From: Eledone cirrhosa
Lineage: Eukaryota
Direction: 5' to 3'
NCBI GenBank assembly: GCA_964016885.1
Contig: OZ024740.1
Location: 388,616,001-388,680,000, forward strand
Length of the DNA stretch: 64,000 nt
Of this stretch, positions 55,797-64,000 are shown in pieces (position 1 is the first letter of the stretch; each line of letters begins with the position of its first letter). The position numbers and the translations under genes were made by a program. The notes under the pieces were generated by a model, which saw only the letters and a program-made list of their open reading frames with translations, did no database searches and was not told the origin of the DNA.

Positions 55797-55802
<6 letters not shown>
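55012..55802 (+). mobile_element. Old 5'-truncated PLE: inverted pLTR + decayed GIY-YIG + pLTR + tail
   Basis: 55012-55094 is inverted at 55676-55756; CS.RRPETCPLDQQC..AVVYQAE, RY.NH.ITFR, LANHVWKLK; tail to 55802. Confidence 0.8.
55683..55733 (+). ncRNA. Hammerhead-like motif with an extra core base (CUGAAUGA); mirror at 55036-55086 (-)
   Basis: CTGAATGA-gttggg..cccaat-GAAAC TTA GTT; mirror reads acagg-CTGAATGC..GAAAC TTAA GTA-cctgt. Confidence 0.55.
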
Positions 55803-55886
<84 letters not shown>

Positions 55887-55933
55887 GTACTAAAAGATTG
55901 GTAGAAATATATACATATATATATATATATATA

Positions 55934-56108
55934 TTTGTTTTGTGAGGGTTTTGATATGAAATCGTGTGTCGAAACAAATATTGTTATACTTGGGCGGGGG
56001 GGGGGGGGGTCATATTGCCAGAATTAATAACAGAACACACTCACTGTGAGTGTGTTCTGTTATTAATTCTGGCAATATTATTGCAACAATATGACCCTCC
56101 CCAAGTAT

Positions 56109-56115
<7 letters not shown>
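55934..56115 (-). mobile_element. Short tail + hairpin insertion of a further (TA)n-targeting family
   Basis: Hairpin 55979-56115 centred at ~56044; tail homologous to ~4890-4940, 47993-48050 and 48424-48480; end homologous to 48961-48985. Confidence 0.6.
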
Positions 56116-56154
<39 letters not shown>

Positions 56155-56818
56155 TCGGGAATTAATATATTATATATATAATGTAATATGATCTTTCCTC
56201 AATAATTTTCACTTATGAATTGTTAATTCATTAATGATATTGATGATATTGTCCAGAATTAATTTTAATCATTTTATAATCAACATTTTACATATATACA
56301 TACACATATGTATGGGTGTGTGTGTGTTTGCGTGTGTTTTTGTGTGTGTGAGTGTGTGTGTGTGCGTGTCTGTGTATGTGTATGTGTATTATGTATATGT
56401 AATAGTCGAATTAATTTGTTTATAATTAACAACTATATTAACAAGGAAAACAACATTTGAAATTAAAAATCATAATTAAAATTCTTACATTAATTTAATT
56501 GAAGAATATTGATTAAGTTTCTATCCAAATCCCATTCCCTTCCATCATTCCAATTACAACAACAGTCATAATTTGACATCGCAGAAACGAAATGATATTT
56601 GAGGTCGAAATCTTCTTCTTCTTCTTCTTCTCCTTCCTCGATACAACAATGATGTTGTATTTCCCCACTTAATTATAACCTTTGAAATGTTATAAGATGC
56701 AATATGTCCCTTCTCAAATGTTGCCATATTTTAAAAGTAGCTTTTTTGTGAAAATGGTTTTAAAATTTCATTTTCAATTCACGAAATTAACTTTAATCCT
56801 TATTGACCTTATAATAAC

Positions 56819-57095
56819 TGTTTCTACTTTTGGCACATGGCCAGCAATTATTGCAGTGTATTACTGGTACTTCATATTATCGATCCCTGTAGGATGAAAG
56901 GCAAAGTTAACCTCGGTGGGATTTGAACTCAGTCCGTAAAGGGACGTAACTGTGCTGCAAAGCATGGCGTCCGACCCTCTACCGATACTGCCAATCCACC
57001 GCCCTAGCATGGCGTCCGACCCTCTACCGATACTGCCAATCCACCGCCCTAGCATGGCGTCCGACCCTCTACCGATACTGCCAATCCACCGCCCT
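56819..57095 (-). mobile_element. tRNA-derived SINE with a triplicated 45-bp 5' head; 16-bp TSD
   Basis: Units 56961-57005, 57006-57050, 57051-57095; TSD ttgac(c/t)ttataataac at 56803 and 57096. Confidence 0.9.
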
Positions 57096-57771
57096 TTGAC
57101 TTTATAATAACGTTGTTTGTTTTTGTTTCAAGTCTTGAATCATTCTCAAGGAGTTCTTTCATTTGTATCGAAAATTAAAGATAAGTGTGATTAATAGTAG
57201 AATAACAATATTTTAAATAGTCCATATATTTTAGAAGCAAATCTTATGGATTAAAATGGGAAAATAAATCATAATGAACTAGCTTGTATTTAATTAAAGA
57301 AAATCAATACTGGTTTCTAATTTAAACACATGAACACTATTTTTGAAGTGGAGTAAAATTTGTTTTATTAACCAAAGACTTAAATGTTACTTCATGCTAT
57401 CAACCCTGCAAGAATGACAGGCCATATTGAGTTGGGTGGAAGATGCACTTAGGATATGCTAAAATAAAGTTCACAAAATATTTAAATCTGGCGCTTTAAT
57501 GATTTTGACAAATCCCAGTCTTTAATTTTCCTATATTAATAAAAAATATATGGATAATATTTATAAAGGAGTTGAATCAAAGAGTTAAAGCAATACAACA
57601 AAACATATATATTTTGATTTGATATAATTATATAAAATTTATGAAAAAGTTTGTATATACTAATTTAGATTTAAAGAAAGCAAATTATTAACATTTGTCC
57701 TTAACACAATTTTTACTATTGTTAACACATAAAGGTTTTTAAAATATGTTTAACATTCGATTATGAATCCA

Positions 57772-57982
57772 GACCATTCTAGTGACACCCCTCGTTTGGC
57801 ACTCCCTTGACAACTGCCACTTCTTATCACCGCGCAAAAACCACAACGGAACAGGCAATATCAACAAGTTTAATACCAACCATTCTAGTGTCACCCCTTT
57901 TCTTGGCACACTTTTGACAACTGCTACTTCTTTTCACCCAACAAAGACAAGGAAACAAGCAATATCGCCGAAGTTAATAACT
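57772..57982. repeat. Two-copy ~107-bp diverged tandem repeat
   Basis: accattctagtg.cacccct...ttggcac....ttgacaactgc.acttctt.tcacc...gcaatatc...aagtt occurs twice. Confidence 0.75.
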
Positions 57983-58386
57983 ATTGAATTCTATTAAGGC
58001 ATTATATATTTGTAAACAAAATAAAATGTTATTGAATGCCTTAAGTAAAACGGACAATCAAGAAAAAACATTAATTCAGAAATGTATTGAATTAGGTTTA
58101 AGTTTAGCAAATATCAAAAAACAACACGCACAAGCACACACAGACACACAGACACACAGACAAGGGCCTTGTTTCAATGTCTATGCTTTATTTTTTGTTT
58201 ATTTGATAACATAAATTCTTTTTAAGCTTTTTTTTTTATATCTGAACTTCATTTGAATTTATAAAATGTTACCTATGTGATAGGGTCCGATAGGGTCCGG
58301 AAAAGGCACCATAAGCAATTTATGCTCCTTTAAGAATCAACAAATGTTGGTTTGTCCCCCTCACAGTTTAAAGGCAAACGAGGCCC

Positions 58387-58425
<39 letters not shown>

Positions 58426-60984
58426 ACTCACACACACAACACACACACACACACCACACGCGCATATATATATGTGTGTGTATGTATGTGTATGTTTTTC
58501 GTGTGTGCCTGCGCTCCAACCTTAATTATCTGTCACTTTTTCGTGAACACAATAAAAGTGAGGACGCTGACACTGATAATTTCCACCCATTTCATGAGGC
58601 TTAATAAAAACAAAAACCTTATTGACAAGGATACCTACCGAGACCCTTGTATGTTTATTGTACTTAATCATATCGTATGTGCCTTCATGCTACAGCTAAT
58701 TTATTCTAGCCAGTCAAATTCACGCTATATGTAAATAATTATTTCCTCCCGATGTTCCATACGCAAAAGAGCATATAAGCTTTTTGCCTATCCTTGTCTC
58801 AATACTGAGTGAGTAAATGTTACCTATGACGGATAAAAATTTTGTTGGGGATCTGCATAGGTCATTCTGTCCCCTCTTTCGCTATTCACGTAAATAGGAA
58901 AAAATTACTACTCTTTTGTTAAAATGTCGATTTTGAGAAATTTGGCCATCTCTTCACAGAAGATTTAATGTATCACTTAAATTATCTAACATTTGATCTA
59001 TATTTCTACAATAATTCTAATGTGCTACCATATGACCTTGGTGCAACCTAAATTGAAAAAGATAGTGAAAATGTTTCTTGGGGAAATATGAATAAATATT
59101 GTTTTACCTATATAAAGCAATTGTTTTGTTTCCAGAAAACCATTTTAAACCGCAACACACTTTAAATTGGTTTAGATAATATAAGTAAAGTTGCAACTGA
59201 TGTTTCAACATGAAATGAGAGAAGTGCTGCTCTAGGGATAATATTTTAGGTCTTAATTACCATCAAGTAAAGTATTTCATTGGTGGAAAGGAAGACAATC
59301 ATTTACAAACCCAACATTATGAAAGCTTCAAGTTTATTATTTGACAAAGAGTGGACAATGCGCGTTGTTTATGCATAAATAGGGATAGAGACTGTTTTTA
59401 TATCCAGTTTGAGACCTTGTACATCGACAACTATAGGAAATTGCAATGGGAAGAGTACGAGCTCTGGTTAATTACGCATCTATTACCACGTCATTGTCCC
59501 CAGGACCTGTGCAGAAATGTTCGAATGACCAATATAAAAATACTAATACGCAAAGTTAAAACGTGGAGATATATCTGTCATTATGTGCATTGAATATCCT
59601 TTGTTTTCTATCGATCAGATTCTTGGCAATTAGATCTTGGCTCACTTCCTTCTTGCATTTTCCTTCACTACTGCAACGACTTCTTCGCTCAGTGAGCTAT
59701 TTGCGTAAGTCCCCAACTCAAGCACATTTCACATGACCATTACACTTTTCTCCACGTGGCTTCATCTTATTAGATATTTAGCTATACCTAACAACCGACC
59801 TTTCTTTCCTACATCGCGTTTTTCCTGCGTTTATCAACATACACGATTTCAAATTAAACAGCAAAAGCAAATTTGCACTGCTGTAATGCAATCTTTCATG
59901 GCTATGATCTATTCCTCAAATTACAGCCTACAATCTTAAAAGGTGGATGGACATATTTAACAATGTCTTTCCTGACATACAAAATGATTTGTCATGAGCC
60001 AAACACATTTGCACGTAGTTCTACTTGATCACGGATGCTCTATTTCTAAACAATAAGATCGGCATGGGAAAAGGTAGAATTTCAGATACTTTTAGGTATA
60101 GAAGCAGTGAAAATTATTTAGTGCGAGTTATATGAGGCTAAAATAGATATATTGATTAGTATAGCATAGTAATCAATGGTTCTTAACGTGAGTAGTAAGC
60201 ATCTCCTTGGGAGCTGACACTATAGGTGCGCGAGGTATTTAGAAAGGATAATAGTTTTCTTACAAATAAAAACTATTTAAACTAGATTATAACTAAATTA
60301 TTTTTAAAATATTTTAAAGCCGGATGGAGGAGACAGCCGAAGGATCCTATTCCTGGTTTTAGGGTAGAACAGGGGAGATAAGGTGGAAGCAAAAAGGAGA
60401 TAGAGAGTGATTCGACCATAATTGCCAACCCACCACAAGGAGGGTGTAACGATTCAGGATTACGATTAATGGATCACTTAAATTATCTATCATTTGATCT
60501 ATATTTCTACAATAATTCTAATGTACCTAATGAACACAATCTGATGAAATTAACACCTGCTAGTCGAGTCTATATTCACCGAAGGTGAATAAATGTGAGG
60601 TATTTTCTTTGAGATGTAATTATTCTTAAACATATTTTCAAAACAGTCATTATCAAGAATATAATATGAGTAGAATGATGTGTTAGAAGAAGTATGTCTG
60701 AGAAAGTGCCAAGATCCAAAGTTAACGATTTACTCATTTTAATTTTAAATTATCAAATGTAGTTCTTCGATTAAATATTATGTATTATAATTGTAGGAAA
60801 ATATACACTAAAAATGCAAGAATGAAACCATGAGAAAGATTCAGTATGTAAGAATATTATTATAAATCTAAGGATTTATGTTCATTTTTTTTATTTAAAA
60901 ATTAGATTCCTAATCCACTTTCCAATAAAAATCGACAATAAAAGACATAACAACATTTGAGACAGAACTCATTTATTGCATTTT

Positions 60985-61360
60985 GTAAAATTTCAAATTT
61001 CATTGCTAAATGTGGGAATCCACATATTACTGTGGGTCTCTCATTTTACCTTTTGTAAAAGAAAGGAAATTCTAACTCTATGTGGTCTACTTTAACTGAT
61101 TTGATTCCATTCAGTAATAGTTCAGTCTCAGCTAGGATCGAGGAAACGGAATGGCAAATGACATTGAAAACAAACATTTTGTTGATATAAATACAACTAA
61201 ATTTTGTCTACAACCTAATGAAATAACACTTTGTTATCAGGATTTTATTGGAGAACTGATATTTGATGAAACTATGGAAACTAATTCAAAATGTCCAACA
61301 ATTTACAAGATTGAAAACAATTTTTCAATGATGAAGACGATCCTATGACGGGGCACCCTC
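60985..61360 (+). pseudogene. hAT (Buster/Charlie, ZBED5/SCAND3-like) transposase relic
   Basis: SNFIAKCGNPH.T...LILPFVK, IPFSNSSVSARIEE, MANDIE....TTKFCLQ.NE.TL, ELIF.ET.ETNSK..TIY. Confidence 0.7.
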
Positions 61361-62387
61361 AAGTTTGCTTTTCCTTATCTATTTAAAAGTACAATTCCAA
61401 ATATGTTTACTATTCACAGAGAAACTACTTGACTACAAGGCGTATTTAGCGATTGGGTGACATTTTACAAGTAGTAATGAAATAAGTAAATAAGATTACA
61501 GTTTATCCGTAAAAATATATATACATTCTGCTAAATTTGTCATGAAAGCTAAATAAAATTTAGACAGATTTTAATGTATACTCGGAGAGAAATGTCATTT
61601 AAAATAAAACTGTTTTATAATTTTATAAAATTGCGGGGAAATAAAATATCTTGACGTACACAATATTGCTTAACTGACCTATATATTTAACAAATTAAAT
61701 GCGGCAAAGATTTAAATTGAATGACGCAAGATGTTCCGTATAAAAACAAAATATCAATTTACAAAATGTGTATAGCAAGTCGGAAGTTCCATTACTTTCA
61801 AAGTCTACAAGCCATTATGGAAACCTAAATTACCAGTTTCTAGAATATCATTATTTTCATCTTCTAGCATTGGACGAATGTATAGATTCTATAGTTAATG
61901 ACCATCAAGTACCAAAGATATCCAAATGGGCTATCAATCAATATCAGGTTCATAAAAACAATATTCCCCTAAATGGGTTTCAATGAATAACAAATACACG
62001 TATACAATGGCCTTGAGACACAGGTACTAAAATTGTCACGAAGAATTAAAGTTTAAGCAAGACAATGTAATATATATTCCCGTCGTTAAAAGGAAGTAAA
62101 GTTGCTGTTATTGCAGTTCCATAATCATACTTGGTTGAGAAACCATTCGACATAAACATCCAAGCGTTATCTAAACAGAATAAATTACAAATATGTCAAA
62201 TGTGAGACTTGAGTTTCTATTTGTCAACTTTTGTTCCTGATATTTTTAGATTAGTAAAATCTCGTCGGCCATAAATTATTCATTGGCAATCATTAAATGA
62301 CATTCTCAACACGAACAACTGGCAATGATTATAGCTAGATACAAACTATGTACGAGTATTATAGCGTCATTGTATTATTCTAAATAT

Positions 62388-62570
62388 GTGGATTGGCAGT
62401 ATCGTAGAGGGTCGGGCGCCATGCTTTACAGCATAGAGTTATGGCCCTTTATGGTCTGAGTTCAAATCCCACCGAGGTTAACTTTGTCTTTCATCCTTAC
62501 GGAGTCGATAAAATAAAGTACCAGTAATACACTGAGATAATTTCAGGCCTTGAGCTAAAAGTAGAAACAA
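62388..62570 (+). mobile_element. tRNA-derived SINE with 13-bp TSD
   Basis: TSD attattctaaata at 62374-62386 and 62570-62582. Confidence 0.88.
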
Positions 62571-62593
62571 TTATTCTAAATAAGTCTAAAGTA

Positions 62594-62858
62594 TGTCTTA
62601 AGCCAGTAGGCTCATTTGGCCGGTGCTTATCCCGGTTACATGGCGTCAAGCGACTGAAAGTACAAGACTCCCCCCTAGACAGGACGCCAGTCCATCGCAG
62701 GGTTAACCCCCCAGCTATTGCTGGTACTCATTTTCAGCTGAGTACACTGGAGCAACGTGAAATGAAATGCTTTGCTCAAGACCACAATACGCAACCCAGG
62801 AATCGAACCCAAAGCGTTATGATCGTAAGTCCAACACCCTTACCACTAGGCCACGTGA
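62594..62858 (-). mobile_element. Second SINE family (tRNA head + CORE-like + V-like domains)
   Basis: Minus strand: A box TGGCCTAGTGG, B box GGTTCGATTCC, tcttgagcaaagcattt..cagctgaaaatgagtacc, ccctgcgatggactggcgtcctgtc. Confidence 0.75.
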
Positions 62859-63089
62859 ACCTTAAATAAATTTGATTTATACCAAATATTTGCAACTCAG
62901 AAGCAAATTAGTAAAAGTAGAATACGACATTGTTTTTTCTTTTCATTTTAAGCTATAAAGGAACGTATAATGTAATGGTTTACATAATACAAATGCACTA
63001 CAGGACACAAACGTATTTTCTTACCGTGTAATATTGAATTTAAATCTAACCTTGAATTTTGCTTGATATGAGAAGAAATTTACCAAGCT

Positions 63090-63324
63090 ATCCTTTCTTT
63101 GATGCAAAACAAAAGAAATGTAAAGGATATGCATCAAGGTGTAATCAAGTACCTGCAGAAAAAGGATTTAGCCCACAAGGACATTCATGTTGACATGGTT
63201 GCTACATTGCTTTTCAAATGATTCTCCTGATTAAGCGCCATTTGACTATCATCTGTTCCCTAATATGACACATTTAGATGGAAATAAGTGTCGTAGTGAT
63301 GATGAAGTTTTCAATCGACCATCG
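63090..63324 (+). mobile_element. Deleted mariner relic
   Basis: HQGVIKYLQKK.LA.KDIH.DMVATL fused to [20 protein letters not shown]; TIR-like ttttcaatcgaccatcg|TA. Confidence 0.7.
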
Positions 63325-63470
<146 letters not shown>

Positions 63471-64000
63471 TTAAACTCATGCCAAAATCTCAATTTATGG
63501 GAGGAAATGTCAGACCGACTACTATAAGTTAGTTTAACTCATAGACGTCTCACTACCATGATTTCTAGAACAAAGAAACAATACTGATTATTTCAAGTTA
63601 TTGAAACAACCAGTATTGAAAGAATGATCTGTCATCAAAGGAGAGTTCTTTGGTATAAGAGGAAATATCGATCATAAAATGCACAGATCACTTCGATGCC
63701 GAAAAAACATGGCGTCCAATATGTTGCGATATTAAACTACTAAATATACGAATGTCTCTATATATATTAGAACAATACGACAGGGTAATAACGACGCTTG
63801 AAATAGCAGCAAAAAACGTCTAAATCTACTCTGTCAGGGTAAGGAGACGAGTATATGTGTTAGACTAACTTATCTTAGTAAGTCTGACTTATACTACCAT
63901 AAATTAAGATTTTAGCATAAGTTTAATGTTAAATTAGTTCTCTGAGAGATATTTTGTCTGTATATTTTATCCATTCATTGAGACGTTTAAGTATTAGAGA

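Noticed and set aside
56961-57095. CRISPR-like array (also 13577-13670)
   Set aside because: Direct tandem units without unique spacers; eukaryotic context; no cas genes.

Overview
AT-rich, microsatellite-dense metazoan DNA, probably an octopod cephalopod (inferred from the SINE family and the (TA)n/(TG)n load). No host gene can be confidently called; nearly all ORF-track entries are translations of microsatellites. The window is dominated by Penelope-like retroelements (PLEs) inserted into (TA)n tracts. The centrepiece is a ~12.3-kb near-perfect palindrome (27564-39832) made of two head-to-head, 5'-truncated copies of an RT + GIY-YIG PLE with open reading frames and a 4.3-kb microsatellite-like 3' UTR ending in a hammerhead ribozyme. 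About ten further short insertions from different families repeat one design: (TA)n - inverted pLTR lacking the tail - truncated body/pLTR - unique 3' tail - (TA)n. About 19 hammerhead-like motifs were folded by eye, several with non-standard cores (U4A, U3-A8, an inserted base, a ~115-nt stem II). One copy's 5' end coincides with its predicted cleavage site, and several unrelated tails share a GAGTACTC-like motif. Also present: an R4/Dong-type RLE LINE tandem chimera, RTE-type LINE remnants, tRNA-derived SINEs with TSDs, and mariner, Tc1, hAT and Helitron-like relics. All alignments and folds were done by eye, so coordinates are +/- a few nt.
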